Shown: positions 14,256 to 27,960 of the stretch, piece after piece
Layout of the letters: each line of letters opens with the position of its first letter
How positions within the stretch are numbered: the stretch's first letter is position 1
DNA from: Octopus sinensis
Lineage: Eukaryota
Direction of reading: 5' to 3'
Length of the DNA: 64,000 bases
Assembly: GCF_006345805.1 (NCBI RefSeq)
Contig: NC_043006.1
Location: 53,444,001 to 53,508,000 of the forward strand
Program-made: the position numbers and the translations under genes
The notes under the pieces: model-generated
Told to the model about the DNA's origin: nothing
What the model saw: the letters and a program-made list of their open reading frames with translations, nothing else
Databases searched by the model: none

Positions 14256-16174
14256 TCGATTGAGCAAATAGGAAATGGGCAGGCTTAAAAGAACAAACTA
14301 GTATAGAATGAAGTGTGCTGTTTCAATACACATCAGTGGGAATTGAGCTGAAGGTATGTGAGTTGGAAATCCCAAACTATAACGACTCGGTTATTTGGAG
14401 AGAGGTGGGGTGCTGATAAACAGCGAGAAAAAGTGTTTGAGAGAGAAAGTTAATACCAACAGAGATCTAAGTCTGAATTTGAGATATGATAGAGACAGAA
14501 GCATTTTTCATCCGAAATATTTTTAGTGAAAGAGTAGAATCCAATGAAACTAATGATGTTCTGTGTCTGTAAATAGTAAGTACCAAAAAAGAAGAAACTT
14601 AATGTTTTGAGTACGGTTTCTCATTGGAGGAGTAAGCCGCCATTTCGATATTTTGATGAAGAATTAAGTCTCGAACGTTAAATTCCTCTTCTTCTCGACA
14701 TACTAACATATTTCCACTTTGTGAACTTTTCGTAATAATATTTATGACTTTATCGTTAGAAATAAATCAAATGATACTAAAAATTAACGATGTATTATAT
14801 AAAGAACTCGAGAGTCAAATATCTGAATATTATTTCTCAGGTTTGTAAGCGATGATCTGAGCTAATGTGCTGTTACTGTACTCTATAACAACATCATATC
14901 GCATTACAATAGTTGTTCTAAAACTTTTGCAGCTCAGCAACTCCTTTCACGGAATAGCGTTTTACAAACGCCTCCACCCTATATTTCAAAAAAGAAATCC
15001 AAAATAGCAGACTATTTTAATTAGACATAAGTTATTTTGTATATTTTCTTCTGCTTTTCGTCCAGCATGTGACCCCTTTTAGATATCTGCGTGGATTAAT
15101 TCCTTCTATGTTTATAAAAAATACTAAACAAAGCAAGAATTCATATAACAAAATTGTGTTGAGCCTAGGCGCATCATCAGTCATATTTCTGTTCACTGAT
15201 AACTCAGTGTTAATTCAGCTGAAATTAGTATCAACCGAGTGCTAGTTAAGCCCTCTCTCTCCCTCTAGATGGATATTCCGTGAGTCAAGAGTGGGGGAGT
15301 TGGTAGGTGTGTATGTCTGCTCGCAACAGCATAAGTACCCAAAACAATTAGCGAAAGCATGATACAAGCAACCAGGTCATGCTCGCTTGCGAGTGATGGC
15401 AGTGAATAACACTATGTCCCAATATTATGTGTATATACCCTAAAGGTACTAAGGGGGCACTGAAAAAGTGTTAGTAAAATAAAAGCAGTGATAACCAGAA
15501 AAAAATTCTAACAAGCGCTGCTCTGCGTTACATAACTACTGTGTGATACTGTATTCTAAGCTAGTAATCTGTGTATCAGACTCAAAGCAAATGCACCACA
15601 GAAAGCTAATTTAACTGAGGTATTCGTTCGGAAGTAATATCTCTTATGGACGTACTGTGTTAAATAACTCAAAATTATATCAGTAACACCTATTAATGCT
15701 ACAATATTAGCATTAATAGGTGCTGGTAATGGGTGCCGACCTATGTTTGTGATTGTCCCTCTTCTGAATTTGGCAATACAATACTCCTACTACTACAACT
15801 ATTAATACTACTATTACTTATACTAATACTGCTACTTCTACTAAGTACAATTCCTTCAATTGCTCCCACCCCCTTGTAACCTGCCTTCACCTATTCTACT
15901 TAAGCATCCCAAACTTCCCCCCACTTCCCTCATACAATAACCATTCTTCAAGTGCTCTGCTTGTTATTTCCAGCAACGGCTCTGGCTAAAGTAGCGTTAA
16001 TTTTATGAGGTCGTTCAATTTATGTCAATTGATCACTAGACCAATTGAGTAACCTATCAGGAACTACTGGAAACAGCTGTGAGTCAAATTTGCTCTAATA
16101 AAACAATTATACGTAATGATCATTATTTTTAACTTGTTTCTTATATATAGATCATTTATCCTTTACTAGTTTCA

Positions 16175-16410
<236 letters not shown>

Positions 16411-16895
16411 TCAAGACTAACTGGAAGAACCGGTTATATGACAAATTCCAATATATCTGGTACTTTCCAACTAAAATACACAAAATTGGGCAAACCCCTT
16501 ATATGGAAGAGGATATTTGCCATTGCTCTCTATTGATTTTATTGCAGATCGATAAAGTCAACACAATCTGAAGAGATCTGAAATAGATGTCTGGTAGAAT
16601 ACTCTATGTGGTGACCTGTTATAAGCGATGTATCTCAAATGCCTCTCCTGTTATATAACGACAGGACATTCAGGGATGGCTAATAAAAAAAGGCGGACAG
16701 ATACATAACTAACAGGCTCGAATATGCACATATATACACAACACAGCAGAATATAGGCATTAGACACTACAATGGAGAGAATACTTTCAAAGCATTAGAA
16801 AGAACAAAACCAAAACACAACAGAAAAAAAACAAAACGAAGCAAAACAGAAACCCAAAACAAAACTCAAAGCCAGTAGTTTTACCCTCGAAAATT

Positions 16896-17062
16896 ATCTT
16901 TTATCTTTTACTTGTTTCAGTCATTAGACTGCGACCATGCTGGGACACCTCCCTGAAGTATTTTTAGTCGAATGAATCGATCGCGGTACCTTTTTTTAAA
17001 GTCTGGTACTTATTCGAAACCACTAAGTTATAGAGATGTAAACACACCACCACCAGTTGTCA

Positions 17063-17110
<48 letters not shown>

Positions 17111-17572
17111 CGCACACACATACACATACATGTATGTATATATATATTTATATATATGTATACATAGGCGCAGGAGTGGCTGTGGTAAATAGCTTGCTTA
17201 CCAATCACATGGTTCCGGGTTCAGTCCCACTGTGTGGTACCTTGGGCCAGTGTCTTCCACTATAGCCTCGGGCCGACCAAAGCCTTGTGAGTGGATTCAG
17301 TAGATGGAAACTGAAAGAAGCACGTCGTATATATGTATGTGTGTATATGTTTGTGTGTCTGTGTTTGTCCACCCCCCCCCCCAACATCGCTTGACAACCG
17401 ATGCTGGTGTGTTTACGTCCCCGTAACTTAGCGGTTCGGCAAAAGAGACCGATAGAATAAGTACTAGGCTTACAAAGAATAAGTCCTGGGCCGATTTGCT
17501 CGACTAAAGGCGGTGCTCCAGCATGCCGCAGTCAAATGACCGAAACAAGTAAAAGAAAGTGAAAGAGAATAT

Positions 17573-17608
<36 letters not shown>

Positions 17609-17784
17609 ACAAACACACATACATACATATATATATATGTATGTATGTATGTATGTGTGTCTACCAAATCCACTTACAAGGCTTTGGTCGGCCCGAGGCT
17701 ATAGTAGAAGACGCTTGCTCAAGGTGCAACGTAGCGGGACTGAACTCGGAACTGTGTGGTTGGGAAGCAAGCTTCTTACCACAC
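16896..17784 (-). mobile_element. SINE family A (3' half 16896-17065, head 17659-17784) hosting an oppositely oriented copy
   Basis: The two halves are colinear on the minus strand around the inner plus-strand copy. Confidence 0.8.
17167..17570 (+). mobile_element. SINE family A, full length and well preserved
   Basis: ggcgcaggagtggctgtggtaa head through gaccgaaacaagtaaaaga tail. Confidence 0.95.
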
Positions 17785-18388
17785 GAAAGCATGCAATTCT
17801 TTCTTCGTTTGCCGAGGCTGATGAGAAAGACGCCATAAAGACCAATTATAAAAGCAATATAAAGAAATGAAAGAAAATCTGCAACCCTCTTTTGCTACCT
17901 AACCTTTATTAACAGCAAAAGAAAGTACAAACTCTATAAAAGAAACCTCCAGCGCCAAATCAAACGTGACGTAAGAGAAAATATAAGACAGACAGTAATA
18001 TTGGTCTTGAATAAGATATCATAGATTTTAGAATGCTTTGAGATATTTGGAGAAGGAATATAAATGGGTCACAAAACTTAGCCCTTTTAGCATTCAGATT
18101 ACTCGGTCAAATATAATGCTTGCTTTTCACATTGTTTTGAATAAAATCATGCATTATTTCGTAGCTTTACGACTTTGATGATGTGATTGTTCATTTTTAG
18201 AATAACACTGTGGGTTGAGAGAGACCAGATCTGGCCAGTTGAACATGAAACAGGTAGAATATTTGGACTGGATATGGCTGGCTTAAATGCTAAAGATTTA
18301 AAGGAATAATTGATTAGATACTGAATAAAATTACCATCATTATGGAAGAATTCGTGTTATTGTTGGGAGCAGGAACTATTAAGATGCC

Positions 18389-18510
18389 GATGCGTGGTTT
18401 AGTGATAACGGTGTTGTCCATATCATCCTGAGACTCTGGTTTCGATTCTTGGACCGGGTGTGCGTTGTGTTTTCTTGAGAAAAACAGTTCATTTCACGTT
18501 GCTCCAGTCA
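18389..18510 (+). mobile_element. SINE family D 5' fragment (tRNA head + V/CORE-like motif)
   Basis: ggtttcgattc B box followed by ttgagaaaaac..tttcacgttgctccagtc, which overlaps the family D copies at 25212 and 61628. Confidence 0.6.
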
Positions 18511-18701
18511 AACAGGCCTAATGAGCCGGTGGATCGGGAACGACCTTTAATATTTGCTTTCTTTTCTTTTCCTATTTTTCTCTTTTTTCTTTTTTTTTTT
18601 TTTGAGAAAATGTTAATGCTATCTTGAAAAAATATATGAATAAATATCACTAGTAATGTTTTTGAACTGTCATTTTGTGGAGCTGCACTTCTCCACGGAA
18701 A

Positions 18702-18905
18702 TACGAGGGTTGAAAAGTTCTTGCTTTAAGGGTACCGCAAAAGGCCTGGTTGGAAGCCCAACCTTCCGAGTTCTTTTACAGAGCTTAGAAAAACTAAAGA
18801 ACCACTGCAATAAGTGTGTGAATCTGAGATGGGAACATGTTGAATAAAATTACAATTAATTGATTAACTGATCCTCCTGTATTGTCTTTTACTCAAAACC
18901 AGTAA
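18702..18905 (+). mobile_element. Mariner-derived MITE remnant (second family)
   Basis: TACGAGGG mariner-type terminus; residual LEKLKNHCNKCVNLRWEHVE* resembles the mariner transposase C-terminus. Confidence 0.6.
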
Positions 18906-19343
18906 ATGGTAGTAGGTGTTGGATTTAAAAACTGAAATCTAAAGAGAGATGGGATAAGAAAAAGAAAAGAGACTGAAAGAATTAGTTTCTTCAAAAGATC
19001 TGCATTTTCTTTTCTTTTACGATTTCTGAAACAACTATCAAAAAGAATAGTGGCGAAATAGTCCAAAGAAAATACAAGTTAAAACAAAAAGGCCTTACAA
19101 AAAGGTAACAGAAGAAAAACAGAACCAAGTCTAAGACATGGAAAATGATTAAATTTTCATCACTAAAGTAGTATAAACATAACAGTATATTTATGTAGTG
19201 TTGTTTTATCATTCACTCACCACGTCACTTCCGTTTCCTTTTACTTTCCTTCTTTTTTCCTTCTTAGCAGTGATAATTAATTAATCAAAGCGAAAACCGA
19301 TTTTTTCCGTTGAAGAACATATTTAAATTATATTTATGAATAG

Positions 19344-19556
19344 CCCTTTCTGCTATAGGCTCAAGGCCTGAAATTTTGGGAAGGATTTTAGTCGATTATA
19401 TCGACCTCAGAGCTCAGCTGACACATATTTTATCAACCCCATAAAGATGAAAGGCAAAGATGGCTTCAGCGCTATTTAAACTCAGAACAGTAAAGTCGGA
19501 AGAAATGCCGTGAAGCAATTTGTCTGGCGTTCTAACGACTCTGCCAGCTCGCTCCC
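19344..19556 (-). mobile_element. SINE family B
   Basis: Diverged full-length copy. Confidence 0.85.
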
Positions 19557-19880
19557 TTATATTTATGAATAATGAAAAATCATTGTCAACAACACCTGAA
19601 GTATACTGAAGAATAACAAGCCTGTGCAGGGCTAGATGGTTAATGAAAACAATACTAGTCCAGTTACTCAGGGTAAGAAACTGGAATATTAATTGGAATG
19701 TAAATAGAATACAACAGTTAAGCATATGACCTGAAATCGCAAAAAAATATGACTACATATATTTACCAAAAGGATGGAAGTAAATAAGAAAATATCAAAC
19801 TAAAAGTTCACATGCCCAGACGAGAATTCAAGTATTTCTGGTTTGAAAACTTCTCAAGTATACAAAAACGTATGTGTTGT

Positions 19881-20860
19881 TATCTTTTGTCATTTAGTTG
19901 TTTCAGTCATTGGACTGTGACTACTAGTGTACTGCATTGAAGGATTTAGTCGAACAAAGTGACCACGTTATCAACTTTTTTTAAAGTATTAGTGAAAGTA
20001 TTGGGTTGTCCGGAAAGTTCGTGCCGATTTTTAAAGGAAAGAAAAAGGGCAATAAATACTTGCCATTACGTTTTTAATCAACCAAATATGAACCATTTTG
20101 TTGCACAATGCGTCTCCATCTTTCCTTTAACTTGAAAATACCTTCTTCCCAGAATTGTGGTCGTTTCATGGCAAAGAATTCATCAAGGTATCTTTTTACG
20201 TCATCCAAGGAATTGAAATGTTTACCATTAAGACTATTCTTCAGAGACCTGAATAAGTGGAAATCCGAAGGAGCAATATCTGATGAATACGGAGGGTGGG
20301 GTAACACATCACTGCCGAGCTGCAGCAATTTTTGTCTGGTTCCCAAAGCATCAAGTGCCGAAAATGAACTTTCTTATCTTCCATTTTAAAGGGTTACAGA
20401 ATTAACACAGGTTATAGGAACATAAACCTTCTTCCACGAAAAGATAGCTTAAACTAAATGGAAGTGTAGTCAAATCCTATTTTATGGACTCAACCATGTT
20501 CTAAAATAAGTCGAAAGCTAAGCTACTATAAATCGGCACGGACTTTCCGGACAACCCAATATTTATTTACTTTTCCTTGTTTTATAAATCATTTTTGCCG
20601 AACCGCTAAGTTGCGCGGGCATAAACAAACCACCACCGGTTTTTCAAACGGTAAGGGGTGCAAATACAAACACAAAGACACACATGTATATATGTATACG
20701 ACGGGCTTCCACACAGTGTATGTCTACCAAATTTACTCACAAAGCATTAGTCGGCCCTGAACTATAGCAGAAGACACTTGCCTAAGGTAGTGTGCAATAG
20801 GACTGAACACAAAATCACTTGGTTGCAATACGAGCTTCTCAACCACACAATTATACCCGT
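19881..20860 (-). mobile_element. SINE family A interrupted by a mariner insertion
   Basis: Tail at 19881-19998 and the remainder at 20562-20860. Confidence 0.8.
20001..20559 (-). mobile_element. Non-autonomous mariner deletion derivative, copy 1
   Basis: ~30-bp TIRs ttgggttgtccggaaagttcgtgccgattt, TA on both sides, transposase C-terminus HPPYSSDIAPSDFHLF. Confidence 0.96.
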
Positions 20861-21372
20861 ATTTGTTATGAATGATAAAAGAAAGAACATGAGCCACTGC
20901 ACATTAATCATGTTTACTTCTGATGTGAAAATACAAGTATTTTTCAGCCGAGTAATTAAATAAATATTTACTGATGAGCAAAAAGGATTTGCAGAGGGAC
21001 TGATGCATAAGTGAAAGATTAACACCTGATATACATTTTATATAATAACGTGGCCAAACAATGAAGAGTGATTTGGATAGAAAATGTCCATGATGTATAG
21101 CCAGTGTGTAATATCAAAACGAAAAATATCTGATAAAAGCAGTTTAAGGCAGACCTATAACGAACAATAATACGATTATTCGATATATTTCAAGTGTAAA
21201 ATGGATCTACATTGACGGAAAGCAGTGAACAACTCAAGGCAGCAAACATGTAGCTTTTCGTAAGATTTCTTAATACGTGGAAGGGAGATGTGCAATGGAA
21301 GGAACACTATTATCATTATGTATAAAACACATGAAACAAAGAAGGCGCTCTTTTGAAAGTTTAACATATAAT

Positions 21373-21418
21373 ATGGCGGACAAACCTGAACAAACTGCAC
21401 CACAAATTGTCATCGAGA
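21373..21418 (+). CDS. Candidate first coding exon MADKPEQTAPQIVIE(S), phase 1; gene unknown
   Basis: aatATGGCGG start context in non-repetitive sequence and a GA|GTATGT donor; no homology recognised. Confidence 0.3.
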
Positions 21419-22429
21419 GTATGTATGTATCTACGTGCGGTATGTATAGTTGTGTATGAGAGAGGGATGGGGGATGTTGCTTACCAAAACTGATTTCGTA
21501 ATTTTAAATGTTAAGTTTTTAATGGCGCTGAGTATCTTAATGTTATAAATAAATCATACGAGAAGGTACAGTTTATTACTACAAATAATGTATTACTTGT
21601 AAAAGGGCAAAGCACCATGATCTTTGAAAAACCCTCATAGAATTTTGAGAACGATGCAGTTACAGTTCAAACTGAACACCAATTTGCCTCCAACAAACCT
21701 GTTTGGTAGAGCATGCAAAAATTATAATCTTCCTCTTCTGAAAATTAAAATTTTTTACTCAAGATAAAAAAACTATAAAAGTGACGAGTATTTGATATCT
21801 TAACATACTGACATCAATTTTTCCTCGAGATTTTTTATCCTTCTATGAACAACTAAATAAAGGCAAAATCTTTCGTGGGTTCATTAGTTTCACAGCAAAA
21901 CCTTAAGTCGTTGAAAACCTCAGCTGTAACATCATTTTAAACCAAATTACTCCCACGCTACAGGCAATTTTGACAGTTCTAATCTATTCACTGTCATTTT
22001 AGTTTATCAAAAGACAAATTTTTTTTTTTTAAAAAGAAAATAAGAAAATAAATTCTATACTAAATTTTCTGTTATAGGATTCATTACTGAATTTAACAAG
22101 CCCTCACTGTCCATAGCAAAACGATGGCTTTGTTTAACTAAACTTGATGCTGTCTGTGCAAACTTTCCTACTAAACAAAATATTCAGTGTTTGCCTGAAT
22201 AAATCATCTTATTTCAATTCGTGAAAGATTATAGATAGACTGCCTTAATAAGTATCACAGAAGAGAAATAAGAGAGTCAATTATTTCAGTGCAATGGACT
22301 AGGAGTTGACTAGTGACAAGTTTGCAACCGGTCCTCTAATGTTCAAGTGTCTGGTGTGAGCTGTGGAAAACTGGGTCAGACATAACAAACTTTCACGAAT
22401 TCTCCATCTTGTTTTGTCATCTGGCGTTT

Positions 22430-22474
22430 CTATCTCCCTCCCTTCTACTTTCTCTTCTTCTCTTCTTATTTTGT

Positions 22475-22542
<68 letters not shown>

Positions 22543-23155
22543 ACCACCCCCTTCTCTCACTCTACCTTTTCTTCTTTCTGTCCAAGTTCTTCATTAACAA
22601 TATATTTCTTTTTCTCTTGTTATTGCTATTTTTTCTCTCTCGTCTGCTTTTCTTCAAATTCCGCTTTTATTTAAATATTTATGTATTTTATGGTTCCTTC
22701 TCATTCTCTCTCTTTTTCACCCTCCACATTCCATCTCTCTTTTTCATTTACCCTTTCATTCTCTCATATCTCTCGGTTTTGATTTTTTTCCTTTATTTTC
22801 TCTTAATCTTTCTTTTTATCCTCCCCTCTCTTTCTCTCTCCCTTTCTTTCTCTCTCTTCCTCACCTATTCCTTCTAAGTCTCACGCTTCTCACTGTTTCT
22901 TTCTTTCTCTTATTGACTCTCACATTTACTCTTGCTCACACCTACCCAGTATTTCTTTCTCTCTCATACACCCATTCTCCCTCCCTTTCTCTCACTCATA
23001 CACTTACTCTCCCACTTGTTCGTTGTCTCTTAGTCTCCCACTCTCTCTTTTACTTTCTCAACCTCTCTCATTACCATCTCTTTATTAAAAACTCTCTATC
23101 ACTCTTTCACATGCGCACTCATACACACTTATTCTCTCTCTCCCTCCCTCCTTCC

Positions 23156-23192
<37 letters not shown>

Positions 23193-23286
23193 CATTCTCA
23201 GTATCTCTTTATCACCATCTCTCCTAGTCCACGACTGTACGTTTGTCTATTCCTTCTGGCCAAACGACATTATCACCATCCCATAT

Positions 23287-23341
<55 letters not shown>

Positions 23342-23420
23342 TTCCCGCTCATTCAATCTCTTTCACTTTCTTTTTCAGTCTCATCATTCTCTCTTTCTGC
23401 TTTCCCTCCCTCTTTTCTTT
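22430..23420. repeat. Long CT-rich low-complexity tract with (CT)n blocks
   Basis: Directly visible strand-biased pyrimidine tract. Confidence 0.9.
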
Positions 23421-23954
23421 TTCTTCTTCACCACCGCCATCACCAGCATCATCATCGTCGCCGTTGATGTCGTTATAGTCGTCATCATCACTATCACAAA
23501 ACCACCTGGCTTTACACAGTTTAAAGCGAAGGGAACAGAAAGTCAAAAGGAGAAGAAAGCAGAGAAAGAAAAGGAGGCGAAAAAGAGTGGGAAGAGATTA
23601 AAAGCTAACTCATCTTACAAACGATTCTCTTACTTCCTCCAGCTAGTATTACGTAATTAGTAGCAGTGATGTAACAGAAATACTGTTCCACAATAAGAAT
23701 GCATTTTACCGCGGTACCATACAGAATTAGATACCACAAAACATCATTAATACCACAAGGGAATCGCTTTAACTGGGGATTATATAGATACCGCAAGACA
23801 CTACACTCATTGCCTCACGTATACCACAAGACATTCATTGGTATTCATTTTAGCTTGATACTTTATATATGCTGCAAGATAATTATTTTTACTTCAGTAT
23901 ACAGAATATTATATTGATAACTAGCTTAGTAGCTTTTCGTACGAACTTTTAAGT

Positions 23955-24470
23955 TAGCTCTTGCGGAGGGCGAATTGGAAGCTGGATGGTAGCTGGTCAT
24001 ACGAATGTGATGAATACCTAGGCTTCGTGATAATTCACGAAATAAGGAAGCTTCGAACTGGCGTCCACGGTCAGTGGTTATCCTAGCTGGAACACCAAAA
24101 GGAGAAATCCAATTAGAAACGAAAGCTCGAGCAACTGACTCAACGGAAATGTCCACTATTGGAATGGCTTCAGGCTAACGAGAGAAACGATCGACGCATG
24201 TCAATATGTAAGAGAAACGTGGTGCAACCAGATAAATGTGGACATAGCGAAAGTGGGTCTCCGGCGGAGAAAATTGTCCACGAGGAGCATGAATGTGCCT
24301 GTGGATTTTAGAACGCCAGCATTTCACACAAGAGCGTGTCCAAACGGGGATTATCCGGCATATATTAGGCCATAAAAACCGAGCTGTAATAAGCTTTACC
24401 GAGGCAGCGATTCTAGGATTTGACAGTGAATGCAAGGCATCAAAAACGGAACGCTGGTGGTTGCAGGTAC
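23955..24470 (-). mobile_element. Ty3/Gypsy integrase remnant
   Basis: VFDALHSLSNP...WPNI...WTRSCVKC zinc-finger region and [24 protein letters not shown]...TSYHPASN catalytic core, broken by frameshifts. Confidence 0.92.
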
Positions 24471-25147
24471 AAATGGCCAAAACTAAAGTGTACAATAATA
24501 ACAAAGAATTTATTGGTACCCTACTAATATGGTATAACTTTAAATTACCTTTAAATGAAAAAATTGTAAGTTCACAAATTTTGGGAGTTCTTTTAAAATT
24601 TGAATTTTCTATTGTTAGCGTATAGCAAATCCTTATCCAGACCTGATCCCAATGCTAGATATTCAAGAACTAACTGAAGGGCAGATTTTCAATCCCGGGA
24701 TTATCCTGATTTCAAAAAGGTATAATATGTCTTTGTAGAGCAAAGGTAGATTAAGATACAGGGAGCCCGGACGGACGGACAGACAAAATCTCGCGTGTAT
24801 TATTTTAAATAATAAAGCTTGTCTAAAGAAATGAAGGAATAGTTCCTAAGATAATTTATATACAGATACAGGAAAGTCTTCAAATTTTTCAATGAAATGA
24901 AATGGAATAAAATAAAATAAAGTGAAATATTTACGCTGTTACATTAATTTTTTTTGTTTAGCGTTGTGCCTAAGCTCAAGCATTCTCAGGCGCTAAACAG
25001 AAAATTCTTAACTGTAATAACGCAAATATTTTACTTCGTATCATTTCCATTTAATTTCCTTGGAAAATCTGAAGACTTCCTTACCTATATAAATAAAGGA
25101 ACGATTCCTTCATTTCTTCTGATTAACTTAATTACTTTTACCAATAC

Positions 25148-25182
<35 letters not shown>

Positions 25183-25211
25183 CACACATACACATACACA
25201 CATCATATTGG

Positions 25212-25425
25212 CACTCTATCCGTTACGACGACGAGGGTTCGCGTTGATCTGATCAACGGAACAGCCAGCTCGCGAAATTAACGTGCAAGTGGCTAAGCAC
25301 GTCACAGACAAGCGTAGTTGTCAGGGAGATTCAGCGTGACACTGAATGTGATATGGTTGGCCCTTTGAATTACTAGTACAACTCACTTTTGTGAGCTGAG
25401 TGAACTGGGGCAACGTGAAATAAAG
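25212..25425 (-). mobile_element. SINE family D
   Basis: gttgatctgatcaacggaacagc and gctgagtgaactggggcaacgtgaaataaag; complementary to 61628-61800. Confidence 0.85.
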
Positions 25426-25554
25426 ATCGGATGAATAGGAGCTCTCATCGCCTAACCAACAAGATAGTAAAGAGCCGAAGCAAATAACAATTCCCCACCG
25501 TCAGATTTTTGGAATAAAACCAGTAATGTTGATGGGTGGAAAAGATTAATCGAT

Positions 25555-26150
25555 ATCATTGACTCCAGTATTTGATAGTCATTTTATTCAAACGACCCTG
25601 GGCGGGGATAAAGACAAAGTCGACCACGGCGGAATTAGAACTCAGAATGGAAGAAATACCTCTAGGCATTTCGTCCAACGCTCTAACGGTTCTACCAGCT
25701 TGCCAACCTCTGATTGCCATTAATGATCCTTTCTTTATTTTGGTACATGTCCAGTAAATTTGCACGCCAGTGGCATTTCGTTTGTCATTATGTTATGAGT
25801 TCTAATTCCGCCGAGGCTGACTATGCCTTTCCTCCTTTGGGTTCGATAAAATAAGTACCAGTTAAACATTAGGGTCGATGTAACCGACTGGATCTCTCCC
25901 CTACCCCCAAATTGCTGCCCTTGTGCCAAAAATTTGAAATCAACAATCCTTTCTACAAATAGGTACAAAGACTGAAATTGGATGGGGGAGAAACAAATCG
26001 ATTACACCAAACCCCACTACTTGTCTAGTATTTATTTCATCGACCCCGAAAGGATAAGAAGCAAAGTCGACCTTAAAATTTGAAATCAAAGCGTAAAGAC
26101 GGACGAAATGCTGTTAAGCAATTTGTCCGGCATGCAAACAGTTCTGTCAA
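25555..26150. mobile_element. Three SINE family B copies in -/+/- orientation (25555-25706, 25762-25945, 25946-26150)
   Basis: Family B central motif seen in alternating orientation. Confidence 0.85.
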
Positions 26151-27224
26151 TGTTCTGGTGAAATCCTGACACCCTTGTTGAGTAGCAAGTCAGCATTCCT
26201 AAACCGTATAAAGGCGCATGCACCCTGTCAGCGAGGGTGCTTTGTGCAGCTGCTTTGTGAAGACAGTCGTAGAAGTCGTTGAGAAGAGATATTGTTTGTT
26301 CCGTGTTGTTTCTGAATTATGTTTGTATTGTTTGTATTGTTATAAAACCTTGTGAGGATGGTCCCATCTGGGATGTCTTTGATAACGCACGTCTGAGAGC
26401 TTAGAACTGATCAAAGGTAAAACAACAGCAGCATCTACTAAACTTATTCACGGATTAATTATTTAATTATTACCCAGGATCACCTGTCTCGAGTTTAAAT
26501 CAATTTAGAGAGAAGTGGCTTACAAAGTATTTAACAGAAGACTGGAGCGTGGCCTGGAGTGGAGGTCGAAATTAATCTACTTAAGCTGGTCCTCGCGTAG
26601 TGATTCATAGTTGTTAAACCACATCTGTCGGTTGTTTGTGACAGTTTGACACCTCTCACTCGCAAAGTCTTCATATTCTGGAGTAAAAGCAAACTCTTCT
26701 ATAACTCGTCAAGGCCCTACTTGCAGCTAAAGAGATATTGATACAGGTACAAGCGATTCCAAATATCAATCTTTGCGTATCTCAGGGTGGTGGTGGCCAT
26801 AGCCGCCACGACGACGACGATGACGGTGGTGGTGGTGGTGGTGGTTTTATTACCGGTCATCGTGATGACCTCGCCATAGTAGTGTAAATATTGTTGTTGC
26901 TCTGTAACGGCACATCAAATGTATTCCATTCCATCTGTGACCGTCCCACCATTTATTCAAACATAGCATTTCTAAAATTGCATTAATAACAACAATCTAT
27001 CGACTGCTTATGTCTTCCTTAAATGTCTTGAAACCTGATAAGGTAACAGAAACGAAACTATTCCCTGCATATCTTTCATCAGTCTTCTTCCTCGAGCAGT
27101 AGAAAGCGAGACAGATAGATGGAGAAACAGATTGACAAATGGAGGGAAAATAAAGAAATGGAAAGAAGATAGGCCAAAGATACATGCGTATGTCAGTGCA
27201 TGTGCTTTTCACTATGTATGTGTG

Positions 27225-27366
<142 letters not shown>

Positions 27367-27429
27367 TATTTAGTTTGGTTAATGAGTATGGTCTTTCGTA
27401 GACTCTCTGAAACATCTTCAAGGAAAGAT

Positions 27430-27960
27430 ATGCGCAAGGAGAGAATTGCAGAGATTCAGCGTTCTAGATAGGGAGCTGGAGGTAAGTCGTTAGTGCGGTG
27501 AAGGAGACTCAATAAAAATTGTGAGATGAGGAGAGATGAATAAATCAGCTCTGAAGTGCAAGATCTACCTGTAGTGGCGGCAGGAAAGATTAATAGAAGA
27601 GACATCTCTGTAGTTTAGAGAGTGGAGAGTACTTCAGAGTGACTTATCAATCACTTTTCTCTGAGTTCTGTCTAGGATATGTCTTTCAGCAGCTCCGTCA
27701 CAGATGCAGGAGAGATACTTTATTTTGAGTCACACCTAAAGATTTATGGAGGATTAGCAATTAATAATTGTTGGGAATGAAGTATCTTCTGGTTCTGAAG
27801 AAGGCTAGTCTTTGAGATGCAGCCTTTTCTATCTTAAGGAATTGTGGGTTTTTCCAAGAGGGATACTTAATGAAAGTGGGTGGGACCTGACATTTGGAAT
27901 ATCCGTTTAGGCTCTCGTTGCGTATTTTCATGGCTAAGGAGATGAAGAACAATAATATTT
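27430..27960 (-). mobile_element. Decayed CR1/L2-group LINE 3' ORF remnant
   Basis: SWKNPQ..KIEKAASQRLAFFRTRRYF..LLILHKS and YRDVSS...CTSEL resemble the post-RT region of CR1/L2 elements; many stops. Confidence 0.7.

Noticed and set aside
16568-16595. CTGAAGA-gatct-GAAA as a hammerhead
   Set aside because: No viable stem II or stem I.
17167-17240. tRNA-like heads of SINE families as tRNA genes
   Set aside because: A and B boxes run straight into SINE bodies, with no complete acceptor stem or T-tract terminator.
20074-20346. Mariner ORFs (also 62068-62370) as a functional transposase or SETMAR-like gene
   Set aside because: Most of the DNA-binding and catalytic region is deleted, and the ORFs lie between TIRs.
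20971-20996. CTGATGA-GCAAA/TTTGC hairpin as a hammerhead
   Set aside because: Followed by AGAG instead of GAAA, with no stem III or NUH site.
26150-26427. Possible solo LTR (TG...CA with a TATA-like box)
   Set aside because: No matching TSD and no second copy in the window.
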